A DNA stretch of 64,000 bases, taken from NCBI GenBank assembly GCA_964619975.1, contig CAZUIY010000327.1, forward strand, positions 1,706 through 65,705. Direction: 5' to 3'. Made by a program: the position numbers and the translations under genes. The notes beneath the pieces are model-generated. The model was not told where the DNA came from, searched no databases, and saw nothing but the letters and a program-made list of their open reading frames with translations. This DNA comes from an uncultured Gemmatimonadales bacterium. GTDB lineage: Bacteria; Gemmatimonadota; Gemmatimonadetes; JACCXV01; JAHWKZ01. Shown piece after piece: positions 27,312 to 35,768 of the stretch (positions within the stretch are counted from its first letter, which is position 1; each line of letters opens with the position of its first letter).

Positions 27312-27709
27312 ACCTCGAACTCCGACCCGGGCTCGCCTTCCGCCACCCACTTATCTAGCATCTCCAGAGCATCCTCGCCGTCCAGCGTCAGCCATCCGGG
27401 GGCCGAGGTGCCGTGTTCCTCCAGCCCGAGTGCCCCGAGCATGTACAGAACGAAGTAGTACAGGCCAACGTTGCGCTCGCCATTCGGGCCAAGACCGACA
27501 GCTTCATCGAACGCCGACGTGTGAGCATCCTGCTGGGCGCGATACTCCGGGTCGTTCCAGTCAGCAAAAAATCCCGTGGCCCGACGGCTGCGGCTCCAGT
27601 CCGACTGGTTCTTCATGGCCCGCAGGACTCCACGTAGCCACCGAGCCGCTTCCTCGGGTTGGCCGCATCCACAGAGCTTGCAGCGTTCAATGATTTGATC
27701 CAGGTTCAT
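27308..27709 (-). CDS. Hypothetical protein (133 aa)
   Basis: ORF track. Plausible composition. Confidence 0.7.
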   Translation of the reverse strand: MNLDQIIERCKLCGCGQPEEAARWLRGVLRAMKNQSDWSRSRRATGFFADWNDPEYRAQQDAHTSAFDEAVGLGPNGERNVGLYYFVLYMLGALGLEEHGTSAPGWLTLDGEDALEMLDKWVAEGEPGSEFEV

Positions 27710-27999
27710 TCCGCCTCCATGATCCGCGTCGGATAGTCTGTGTCGTCAAAGGCTTCCGCCCAGTCGGACCACGCCTTGATGCGTGCAGCCTTCCAGCCAG
27801 TGACAGCGCCCGACGTGATGGCCTCGCGAAGGGCCTCGATCACTTCGGCAGGCGGGCCCATCGTCGGGATCATCGCCCCGCCATCCGACAGGTAGACAAC
27901 CTCGCCCGTCGAGTGCTGGGCGGCGCAGTTCGGGCACGTTCCCCACGAGTTGAAGGCGGTCGAGCACTCCACGCACCGGTAGATCGCCTCGTCAGCCAT
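27706..27999 (-). CDS. Zinc-ribbon protein (97 aa)
   Basis: ORF track. CVEC...CPNC. Confidence 0.7.
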   Translation of the reverse strand: MADEAIYRCVECSTAFNSWGTCPNCAAQHSTGEVVYLSDGGAMIPTMGPPAEVIEALREAITSGAVTGWKAARIKAWSDWAEAFDDTDYPTRIMEAE

Positions 28000-28258
28000 C
28001 GTCGCCGCCTTCCCGCCTTCGCTTCTCGAAGTCGTAGAAGTCGTCGAATGAGTCGAAAGGCCGCTTGCCCAGCAGGGCGTTCATGTTATCGATGCAAGCC
28101 TGAATGGAAGGGAATCGGCCGTGTAGCGCCCAGTACGCGTCAAGCGCCCGCTGAGACGGTGGAGATGGCCGGGCTCCGTCAGTGGCCAGCGACGAGTCGA
28201 TCCACTCGGCCTCTTCGCGGCTCAGTTCCTCGCCCCGGTAGTACACGTTAGTCCCCAT
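27992..28258 (-). CDS. Hypothetical protein (88 aa)
   Basis: Start MGTNVYYRGEE at 28258. Confidence 0.6.
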   Translation of the reverse strand: MGTNVYYRGEELSREEAEWIDSSLATDGARPSPPSQRALDAYWALHGRFPSIQACIDNMNALLGKRPFDSFDDFYDFEKRRREGGDDG

Positions 28259-28694
28259 CGCCCCGCTCCTTCTTGCCAAACGGCCGCAATGCGTTGGGGT
28301 TCTGCGACAGATTTGCGCTGTATACGATGGACCGCTCTTTGGCGGTCAGGCCAGGCATCGACCGCACCTCGTCATCGGTGAGGTCCAGTGAGCCAACAAG
28401 TTCATCAGGATCTGGCAAGTCACACTCGACAAGGCCGTCCGGTTCGATGCCGAACACCTCGCGATCAAATATCACCGCATTGAATCGACCGCTGACAACG
28501 ACACGGAGCGTGACCCGTCCATCTTCGGTTTCGTCGAAGCTGCGCAATGTCACGCGGTGCCGACTGGAGGGCATCCAATAGAGCGTCCACGGATCGAATT
28601 GCTCCGCCACGGCACGCACTTCGGGGGGGCGTTCTGCGACCCACTCCCGCCATGCCCGCTCTTGCTCGGGGGTTGGCTCCACAAACCTAGCCAT
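28248..28694 (-). CDS. Hypothetical protein (148 aa)
   Basis: Start MARFVEPTPEQ at 28694 after GGAG. The upstream part of the tracked ORF is a shadow. Confidence 0.65.
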   Translation of the reverse strand: MARFVEPTPEQERAWREWVAERPPEVRAVAEQFDPWTLYWMPSSRHRVTLRSFDETEDGRVTLRVVVSGRFNAVIFDREVFGIEPDGLVECDLPDPDELVGSLDLTDDEVRSMPGLTAKERSIVYSANLSQNPNALRPFGKKERGDGD

Positions 28695-28872
28695 CACTCC
28701 GCTCCTTCCCTTCAAGCTCGCGAATCCCGATCTCCATTGCCATCCGCAGGATGTTGGACCGCGACTGCGGCAGATCGCCGGGAAGCGGCATTGTCTCCAC
28801 GAGGGCATCGGCCCTGTCCAGCAGATCGGCCGGGACGCGCAGCGTGATTTGTCGCTTGCCCCGGTTGCTCAC
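28687..28872 (-). CDS. Ribbon-helix-helix (CopG/Arc-like) DNA-binding protein (61 aa)
   Basis: KRQITLRVPADLLDRADALV...SRSNILRMAMEIGI fits a beta-strand, helix, helix pattern. Confidence 0.6.
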   Translation of the reverse strand: MSNRGKRQITLRVPADLLDRADALVETMPLPGDLPQSRSNILRMAMEIGIRELEGKERSDG

Positions 28873-30527
28873 GGCTTCACCTCATAGCCGTCGCGGTGCT
28901 TGTCGAGGATGGCGCGGAGCCACGTCTGCCAGTTTGCGTCGTCGTCAAGCTGGTCAGCGTCGGCCAACGGCCATGAGAACCACTTGTCGTCACGCTGCCA
29001 GTGCGCCTGCAAAGGTCCAATGCACCCGAACCGCTCGCCGTTCGGCCCCGGCGGGGGCGTCCACGTCACGCGGTCCAAGGCTGGCGCCTCGTAGTAGCGG
29101 GTGATGCCATCTGCATCGGGGCGCACCGCGATGGATCCAGACCACGGTCCCGGCAGCGCCACGCGTCCCTGCTGGCCCTTGAACTCGCCGACTTTGATCC
29201 GCACGCGATCACCTTGCTTGAACTTCGGCTCGCGCGACTTGTCGGCCACCCAGTACGGGATGCCGACGCTGGCCGGCAAGGTCGTCGTGTGCGACGGCGT
29301 GGGGGTGTGCTTCGGCGCTGGCTCGTCATCGTCGGCGGCCGGGTAAATCTCGTCCTCGTCGCGAACCCCGCCGCCCACCAAGTCGTACTTCGTCTCGCTC
29401 GTCTTCAGAACTACTGGATCGAGAAGAATTGCACGCGCCGGCTTCCGGTGAACGGCGCTGATCGTCCGGCATTGCCCGTTCGACATCACGCGGTCGCCCA
29501 CCTTGTAGAGCGGTTCGTACACCTCCCCGGTGTAGTCGTGGACGGCCTGCCGCATCTCGTCGTCGGTCGGCAGGGCTATGCCCTTGTAGACCTTCCGGCG
29601 AACGGGGGTCATCGCATTCGGGTCCGGCATCGCCACCGTCTCGGTGCGGCCGAAGGCTTCGTCGGCCGTCACCACCCGGTGCTGTCGCTCCCGCTCGATG
29701 CCAATCCCGATCTCGCGCTGATGTGCCAGTCGCTTGCCGTTGTACCGCGACCACACGCACTTGAGGGGGTCGAACGTCGCCACATGGGCAGGGGTTCTGC
29801 GAGCAGCGTCAAGTAGCCTGCTCTCGCCGGGCGTTACCCACTCGCACCCGACTGTACGCGGATGGCGGGCTTGTTCGATCACCTCAAGCATCCGGCGCTT
29901 GTCGTACACCGTGTAGCCGCCGCGCAGGATCTTGATGGCGTCGGCCTCGTCGCCGGGCGAACTCGCGGTCTTGTCGCCCACCATGAGCGCCACGCTGCCG
30001 TCTGCACCGTCGCTGGCGGACACCGTCATCGAGGCGTGGAACGGCGGGCCGTTGTCCTTCGGCGTCCAATTGAAGCGCTGCGCATACTTCGCGTGCAGGA
30101 CGGCGTACCGCTCATTCGCCTTGGCCAGTTCGTCGCTGAGATAGTCGGTGAGTCCGCGGCTGGCCCAATACTGCGCGTCGTCATCGGACGACGGCTCCCC
30201 GTGTGCCGCCACCCACGCCGCGTACTGCCCCTGCAGCAGCCGCTTCGCGCGCGTCACGCGCTTGACGTAGCCCCGCAGCGGGAGCTTCTTGACGATCTCG
30301 TGCGCCTGCCAGCCGGGCGCCGTCGCGTCGAGGTACGTCCACATGTCGTCGTCGGTCGCGACGATCGTGATGCGGAGGGGCGTTGGCGGGGTGGGGCGGC
30401 GGCGGAACAGGCGAATAGCCGCCGCCAGATGAATGACCACAAGCCAAGCCGCCAGGATGACCACGGTGGTCAACAAGGCGGCCTCGGGAGTCGTTGCCAG
30501 CCAGTCGGTCAGGTCATGCAGGTTCAT
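28869..30527 (-). CDS. Membrane-anchored protein (552 aa) with C-terminal KOW/SH3-like motifs
   Basis: Start MNLHDLTDWL at 30527 (TGATG overlap). N-terminal TM LLTTVVILAAWLVVIHLAAAI. GDRVRIKVGEFKGQQGRV near the C-terminus. Confidence 0.7.
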   Translation of the reverse strand: MNLHDLTDWLATTPEAALLTTVVILAAWLVVIHLAAAIRLFRRRPTPPTPLRITIVATDDDMWTYLDATAPGWQAHEIVKKLPLRGYVKRVTRAKRLLQGQYAAWVAAHGEPSSDDDAQYWASRGLTDYLSDELAKANERYAVLHAKYAQRFNWTPKDNGPPFHASMTVSASDGADGSVALMVGDKTASSPGDEADAIKILRGGYTVYDKRRMLEVIEQARHPRTVGCEWVTPGESRLLDAARRTPAHVATFDPLKCVWSRYNGKRLAHQREIGIGIERERQHRVVTADEAFGRTETVAMPDPNAMTPVRRKVYKGIALPTDDEMRQAVHDYTGEVYEPLYKVGDRVMSNGQCRTISAVHRKPARAILLDPVVLKTSETKYDLVGGGVRDEDEIYPAADDDEPAPKHTPTPSHTTTLPASVGIPYWVADKSREPKFKQGDRVRIKVGEFKGQQGRVALPGPWSGSIAVRPDADGITRYYEAPALDRVTWTPPPGPNGERFGCIGPLQAHWQRDDKWFSWPLADADQLDDDANWQTWLRAILDKHRDGYEVKP

Positions 30528-30970
30528 CAGACCACTCCCGCGAAGAAGAACGACGCCAGCCACGCCAGCAGCAGAACGCCAGCCGGCCCGCCAATCCCAC
30601 GCCCGCACGCCTCCGCGTGGGCATCCGAATCCGACAGAAGCTGCCGCACCCTATCGCCATTGCCGCCGCTCGGCGAGGCAATCCAGCGCACCAACTGGAG
30701 CATCCACACACCCGCCATCGCCTGCCAGTAGCCGACCGTCGCGGACACCGAGAAGCCGCACGCCGCGAGGAACGGGGCGCCGTACCACTGCCACGTCAGC
30801 ATGACGACAACGGCCGTGATGAACATGCCGCCGATGGAGAAGGCCATCAGCACCATGAAGCGGCCGAACATCGCCATGCCGTCCGGCTTCGGTGGCTTGG
30901 CCCCCTCGATCATCTCGTGCAGCTTGTTCGGCGGGCTGGCCCTGTCCAGAATCTCTTGCGTGCCGGTCAT
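30527..30970 (-). CDS. Polytopic membrane protein (147 aa)
   Basis: Start MTGTQEILD at 30970. 3-4 hydrophobic helices. Confidence 0.65.
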   Translation of the reverse strand: MTGTQEILDRASPPNKLHEMIEGAKPPKPDGMAMFGRFMVLMAFSIGGMFITAVVVMLTWQWYGAPFLAACGFSVSATVGYWQAMAGVWMLQLVRWIASPSGGNGDRVRQLLSDSDAHAEACGRGIGGPAGVLLLAWLASFFFAGVV

Positions 30971-31281
30971 CACTCGCGCTCCTTCGCGGCTCTCCGCTCC
31001 GCCGGGATCTCCACGCGCTCGTTGAATGCGGCCAGCAAGTCCTCCACCGTGCCGTGCGGCGCCAGCGGCACCAGCTTCGCCGGATCGATCCGGCGCGCCA
31101 GAATCGCCTGCGCCAGTGGAGACTCCACCGACTCCACAATTCCGACCGGCTCCATGTGGCCGATGTCGGACGCGCAGCGCAACAGGAGCCACGGGCCGGC
31201 GCTCTTGCGCTTCGACTTCCACATGGCGATGTTGTACAGGGCGTGCCACATGTCGGAATTCAGTTGCTCATTCGGCGTCAT
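30970..31281 (-). CDS. Hypothetical protein (103 aa)
   Basis: Start MTPNEQLNSD at 31281 in an ATGA overlap. Confidence 0.6.
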   Translation of the reverse strand: MTPNEQLNSDMWHALYNIAMWKSKRKSAGPWLLLRCASDIGHMEPVGIVESVESPLAQAILARRIDPAKLVPLAPHGTVEDLLAAFNERVEIPAERRAAKERE

Positions 31282-31670
31282 CGCCCGTCCTCCGCTTCGA
31301 GTGCCCGGTAGGCCGCCATCGCCACGGCGCGGGGCAGGGTGTCGTCGCGAGCCTCGTACCTGACGCCCCACGACCAGTCGAGCATCACCAGCCAGTCATC
31401 GCGGACACCGCGTGTGATGTGGATATCCAGCTTGTCCAGCATCGCGCCGGGCTTGTCGGTGCCTTCCAGTTTCGCCAGCGCCTCCAGCAGCTCGACCATC
31501 GCGTTGCCGTCGCGCAGGCAGTCGGGCGCCCTATCCCTTGTGCGCCACAGGCCACCGGGCAACGGCTTGGCCCACATATCAATCAGGCCGACTTGCCCGA
31601 GGTTGAACTCCCACCCACAGAAGCGGGCCAGCCGCTCGTTCACGGCGCTGTCAGTCGGTTGCGTCATCAT
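31278..31670 (-). CDS. Hypothetical protein (130 aa)
   Basis: Start MMTQPTDSAV at 31670, overlapping the upstream 3' end. Confidence 0.6.
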   Translation of the reverse strand: MMTQPTDSAVNERLARFCGWEFNLGQVGLIDMWAKPLPGGLWRTRDRAPDCLRDGNAMVELLEALAKLEGTDKPGAMLDKLDIHITRGVRDDWLVMLDWSWGVRYEARDDTLPRAVAMAAYRALEAEDGR

Positions 31671-32079
31671 CGTCCCCCTCAGTCCCTGCGGCTCGCGCAA
31701 CCAGCTTGTCGCCCCGCAAGAACACCTCGTATTCCCCATCCTCGTCCGGCACGTAGCCGATGCAGTACGCCGCTCGCACGAGAGCCTGGTGGGGCACCAC
31801 AAACCACTCCTGCAACGACCGCGAACGGTCCGCGACGGCGCTGACGGCATCGAAATCGGCAAGCGCTTGCCGCACGCGCTGCGCAGCAAGCCCGGCAGCT
31901 CCGGAAGCGCTCATCCCGCGAACCTCGATCCCGTCCAAAAGGACCGGTGAGCAAAAGCCAGAGCAGCGCGTCGGGCTCTCATTCAGCCACGGTGGCCGGG
32001 GCCAGTCAAAGCTATCAAGACTGCCAACTACAGCCCGGACCAGATTGTCTATCTCTCGCGACCAATCGATGATGTGCAC
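31651..32079 (-). CDS. Hypothetical protein (142 aa)
   Basis: ORF track. Confidence 0.65.
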   Translation of the reverse strand: MHIIDWSREIDNLVRAVVGSLDSFDWPRPPWLNESPTRCSGFCSPVLLDGIEVRGMSASGAAGLAAQRVRQALADFDAVSAVADRSRSLQEWFVVPHQALVRAAYCIGYVPDEDGEYEVFLRGDKLVARAAGTEGDDDDATD

Positions 32080-32324
32080 TACTCGTCCTCCGCTCCCCTA
32101 CCGTTCCACAGTTCGATCGCACGGGCGGTATCCGCCTCGTCGGGCGTGCCCTGTCCGTACTGATCCAGCTTCTCTCCCGCCAGCACCACCAGCGGGCCCC
32201 GTGCGCAGCAAAGCGGGCACTCGACAAACACGCTGGTGCCGGCGGCGCTCGACGTGTTCCACGACTCCGTTTCGATGCGGGGCGAGTCGCAGGCGCAGAA
32301 CGGGCAGGGGGCCGCGTCGTTCAT
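32079..32324 (-). CDS. lar: Lar-family restriction-alleviation-like protein (81 aa)
   Basis: CPFC...CPLCC zinc-ribbon spacing and a C-terminal AIELWNGR motif match my recollection of the Lar family signature (CPFCG ... A..WN.R). Confidence 0.55.
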   Translation of the reverse strand: MNDAAPCPFCACDSPRIETESWNTSSAAGTSVFVECPLCCARGPLVVLAGEKLDQYGQGTPDEADTARAIELWNGRGAEDE

Positions 32325-32911
32325 TCCGACTTATCGGCTCTCGCAAGCTGGACATGCCCGTCAGCCGCACGATGAACCATCATGCTGCCCTCCGGGTCAG
32401 GCACGCAGCCCGTGATGAACGTCGAGTACACGCAGTGCCGCTGGGGGTGGCTCCGCCACCTCCCGTACGAATGGTTGGTGACGACCACCGCTCCGGCATC
32501 GGCCATCGCGTCCAGCGCCTTCTGGAACCACAGGCGCAGCGCCTCATCGATTGGCAGCGGTTCCGTCGAGCACTCCTCGAAGGGGATGACATCCACATCA
32601 AACAGGCGAACCGGACGTACCGTGACGGAGTCCGGCACGCCGATCTGGCAATGGCAGTCAATCTGTAGCTCATCGACGGTGAGGGTCGCCTCCACGAACC
32701 CGCACAGCGTCGGCTCCTCGCCGAACCACGCGGGCGTCGTCACCCGGTAGCGGTCGAGATCACCCAGCATGGCACGCAGCCGGTCCTCGAACGACGGCGG
32801 TCCGGCAGTCGGGACCATGGCGTCCGGGTGCGGGGTGCCCTTGGGGTCCAGCCGGTGCGCCTCCAGCAGCAAGTGCCGCGCGGCCTTCTTGTAGGCTTCT
32901 GCGTCGTTCAT
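32321..32911 (-). CDS. Hypothetical protein (196 aa)
   Basis: ORF track. Confidence 0.65.
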   Translation of the reverse strand: MNDAEAYKKAARHLLLEAHRLDPKGTPHPDAMVPTAGPPSFEDRLRAMLGDLDRYRVTTPAWFGEEPTLCGFVEATLTVDELQIDCHCQIGVPDSVTVRPVRLFDVDVIPFEECSTEPLPIDEALRLWFQKALDAMADAGAVVVTNHSYGRWRSHPQRHCVYSTFITGCVPDPEGSMMVHRAADGHVQLARADKSE

Positions 32912-32975
32912 TCCGACTCCTTGATCGATGCAGCCCCTGGCGCCGGCCGCAGGCTGAGGTCAGTCATCGCCCCCG

Positions 32976-33281
32976 TCATTCTCCGTTGGCCCTGGCAATA
33001 GCGGATTTCGCTCTCTCGATCAGCGACTCTGGCGGAACGTCGTCGCAGCCGACGACATCCACAATCTCGCGCAGGCAGTCCAGTAACCCGGGGGACTCGG
33101 CCATCAGGCGAGCATTCGCCTCGGCCGATCCCGGCGCTATCTCGATGCCGCCTCCCCGGTTGATCGTGTGCCCCAGCACGAGCGTGGCAATAACGGCTCC
33201 GCAGCAGGGCGACGACACCGAGTAGCCCTTGTGCGGAGGCGCCGGTGCGTATTCCCACGGACCCGGCGTGTGCTTCGGCAT
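32976..33281 (-). CDS. Hypothetical phage protein (101 aa) with HTPGPWE N-terminus and ANARLMAESPGLL motif
   Basis: Start MPKHTPGPWEY at 33281 after GGGGGAGGG. From memory, this motif pair is common in small phage proteins of unknown function. Confidence 0.65.
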   Translation of the reverse strand: MPKHTPGPWEYAPAPPHKGYSVSSPCCGAVIATLVLGHTINRGGGIEIAPGSAEANARLMAESPGLLDCLREIVDVVGCDDVPPESLIERAKSAIARANGE

Positions 33282-33311
33282 CAGAGCAGCCCTCCCCCAG
33301 CGCATATCCCG

Positions 33312-33340
33312 AGCATATCCCACGCGGGATGCGAAGTCAA
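33312..33340 (-). promoter_or_regulatory. Sigma70-like promoter (TTGACT-17-TATGCT)
   Basis: Minus-strand -35 at 33335-33340 and -10 at 33312-33317, about 30 nt upstream of the 33281 start. The 24-nt motif copy (33347-33370) sits just upstream of the -35. Confidence 0.55.
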
Positions 33341-33476
33341 ATGTTCGTGTGCAACAGAATGGACAGTGGCGTCAGCGGGCAACTCTGTTCCTCTCCTGTT
33401 CCTCTCTGTTGCCCGTCAGCAACTCAGTTGCTCTCCGGCGGGGCATAGTGGCCGCCTCCTTTATTATCGGCCATAG

Positions 33477-33782
33477 TCACCTCGCGGCCCTTGGGGTTAT
33501 CACGTCCACGCCGTCCGCCAGCTTGACGGCCTTCGCCCGCCGACCGGGGAACCGGACCGACTCCAGCAGGCCATAGCGGTGTTCAGCCCGCCACAGCATG
33601 GCCCGGACCGCGCGACGATCCTTCTGCTCAACAGCGCCCAGCAAGCGATACACGGCAACGGTCGGGTACGGCTCTCCCTTGGGCGCCAGAGCCGCGTACA
33701 GCATGACCTCGTGATCAGTCAGCACGCGACCGTCGGCCACGCGGGTCCCCAGGTCAATCGTCGTGCCGGCCTGCTCAGCCAT
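33477..33782 (-). CDS. Hypothetical protein (101 aa), possible winged-helix
   Basis: ORF track. Confidence 0.65.
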   Translation of the reverse strand: MAEQAGTTIDLGTRVADGRVLTDHEVMLYAALAPKGEPYPTVAVYRLLGAVEQKDRRAVRAMLWRAEHRYGLLESVRFPGRRAKAVKLADGVDVITPRAAR

Positions 33783-33796
33783 CGCCCCAACCTCCC

Positions 33797-34153
33797 TCAG
33801 ACAAACGACTTAACGTCAAACAACTTCGTCCGATCCGTAACCCGGACCAGCACCGGCCGCACCTCCGGCCCACCGTCCACCTCCATCAACCCCACCAGCC
33901 TCTCACGAGCCTCCTGGTACCCGTCCAGCACCGACCCCCCATCCTTCTCCACCAGCACCACCGCCTCGGGCCCGCCATCCACATCAGCCGTCAACGTCAC
34001 CCGGTACCGTCCACCCCCCGGATCCGAGATGCACAGACTGCATAACACCCGCTCCGCCGGCCGACGCTGACCCCACGGCTTCACCGTCCGCCACAGTTGC
34101 GACTCGGCAACATCCCGGCAACGAGGCTTCCGGCCCTTGGTCTTCTTCTGCAT
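33797..34153 (-). CDS. Hypothetical protein (118 aa), first gene of the leftward early operon
   Basis: ORF track. Basic N-terminus. Confidence 0.65.
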   Translation of the reverse strand: MQKKTKGRKPRCRDVAESQLWRTVKPWGQRRPAERVLCSLCISDPGGGRYRVTLTADVDGGPEAVVLVEKDGGSVLDGYQEARERLVGLMEVDGGPEVRPVLVRVTDRTKLFDVKSFV

Positions 34154-34195
34154 CCCGCGACCCCAGCCCGCACCAGAACATGTCCAACGAAATGA

Positions 34196-34224
34196 ACACT
34201 ACCGCCACCAGACAAGAACCGCAA
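34196..34224 (-). promoter_or_regulatory. Candidate leftward promoter (TTGCGG-17-TAGTGT)
   Basis: Minus-strand -35 at 34219-34224 and -10 at 34196-34201. Its -35 element lies 7 nt from the -35 of the plus-strand promoter, back-to-back. Confidence 0.4.
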
Positions 34225-34231
34225 CAACCCC

Positions 34232-34260
34232 TTGACGAATACTGCAAATCCGGGTATGAC
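34232..34260 (+). promoter_or_regulatory. Candidate rightward promoter (TTGACG-17-TATGAC)
   Basis: -35 at 34232-34237 and -10 at 34255-34260. No ORF follows for about 900 nt. Confidence 0.45.
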
Positions 34261-35078
34261 TGCCGTCCTGCGGCGGTTCATTGAGAGAAGTCCTCGCGCG
34301 CGCCCGCGCTGCAGCGAGCGACCACCGGGAGCGAGCGAATCCAGGCTTGCCAAGCAAGCCGCACGCCCCATAGCGGAGCGATCCTCCTAGCGAAGCGATC
34401 CGACAACACCCGCAACATGGCGTAACAGGCGCCTGCGCGACCTGCGGCTAGGCGTCTGGACGAAAGCGCGATAGGTGTCCGTGCAACCTACCTTGTAGAG
34501 TCCCGGCTGAAACCCCCCGGGGGGCGTGGTCAAGAAACAGCAAGCCGGCGAGGGGCCCCAAGGGTACCAACGCCCTGCGCCGGCCGCAGCGGCGGGTGAT
34601 GTACACGCCATGCGCACGCTGCGTACGCTGCACGTACAGTAGCTCAAGGCGTCGCACAGCAGAATTGGCCAGCGGGAGAGGAAAGGCCAAAAGCGGACTG
34701 GGGAAATGCGATATTCGGCAGTGATAATGCAGAAACGGACGTTCACGGGATCGGGGACACGCCGAGCTGAGTAAACAGCGGGCACACCGGGAACGCTCTG
34801 TGCCCGGCAGAGAGGATCGCCATAAGTCCTTGGTACGCAAGGGGCAGGAGCGAGCGGCCTGAGTGTGCCGTCGCCCCTCCGGTGCATCTGCTGGGTGTTG
34901 CTGGTGGTCGGAAGCGTTACTTACCTACCTGTAGGTAGGCTGGAGTCGGCCTGTTTCCGTACCCAAGTCATCCCCAATTGGACGCGCTACATATGTCAAA
35001 GGCCCTTGCTGGGCGGGTTGTAGAGCGACGCACTGGGGAAATGGGTGGATGCGCCGTGAGGGTTGGCTGATTTTCCAC
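34261..35078 (+). other. ORF-free, palindrome-dense island (candidate large non-coding RNA or cis-acting DNA element)
   Basis: Only Arg/Cys-rich shadow ORFs on either strand. Hairpins at 34344-34360, 34779-34806 and 34924-34939. Palindromes CCCCCCGGGGGG (34513-34524), GGGGCCCC (34552-34559) and GCGTACGC (34621-34628). Confidence 0.4.
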
Positions 35079-35106
35079 TTGACTTGCGGTGTGTGTGGTG
35101 TAGGCT
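35079..35106 (+). promoter_or_regulatory. Candidate promoter of the rightward early operon (TTGACT-16-TAGGCT)
   Basis: -35 at 35079-35084 and -10 at 35101-35106, about 80 nt upstream of ATG 35185. Confidence 0.5.
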
Positions 35107-35184
35107 GGGTGTGTGGGCTTGGTCCGTGGTGCGGTGTGTAGCCGCTGGGCTGGGCCTGCAGGACGATGACACGAGGGGAAGACG

Positions 35185-35403
35185 ATGGCTACGATGCAGA
35201 CTCAACCGATGTACGTGGTGCGTGACGGTCGGGCCACGGCTCGCGAGGCGGCTGACATGTTTGCTGCTACGTGGTGGGCAGAGCCGCGCAAGATTGACCG
35301 CTACAACGGCGGGCGCTTCCAGCTCCGGCACGGCTTGCGGTGGTATCGCGTCGAGATGACGCCTGCCGGCTGGGCAATCTACCTTGACGGTACAGACGCC
35401 TGA
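35185..35403 (+). CDS. Small early protein (72 aa)
   Basis: ORF track. Confidence 0.65.
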   Translation: MATMQTQPMYVVRDGRATAREAADMFAATWWAEPRKIDRYNGGRFQLRHGLRWYRVEMTPAGWAIYLDGTDA

Positions 35404-35495
35404 TTCGCTCCGTGCGGCGGGTGCGATCCCTGCCGCCGGCATCTGTCCCAGCGAGGGGCGGAGTGAATCGAGACGATGACACGAAAGGCGAAGCG

Positions 35496-35768
35496 ATGAC
35501 TATGGATCAGCGGTACGTGGAGGCGAAGCAGCGGCGGGAATCGCTGGAGGCAGAGCTGTCCGCTGCTACTGCCACGTACCCGGCCGGGACTGGCGCCGGC
35601 AATGGCGGACTGACTCCCGACAAGGTAAAGCAGTCGCCCGAATGGCAGGCAGCGCATACGGCCGTGAAGCGGGCGATGAAGGCCCTGCAGGACTGGAACG
35701 CGTACATGGTGCGCACCTTCAAGCGGCAGATGCAAGCGGAACGCCGCAACCGGTTCGCAAAGCGCTGA
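35496..35768 (+). CDS. Small helical early protein (90 aa)
   Basis: Start MTMDQRYVEAK at 35496. Confidence 0.6.
   Translation: MTMDQRYVEAKQRRESLEAELSAATATYPAGTGAGNGGLTPDKVKQSPEWQAAHTAVKRAMKALQDWNAYMVRTFKRQMQAERRNRFAKR

Noticed and set aside
34387-34887. 166-aa and 130-aa minus-strand ORFs, plus 34996..35442, inside the ORF-free island
   Set aside because: Arg/Cys/Pro-rich products. There is no start context and no coupling to neighbours. I treated the region as non-coding.
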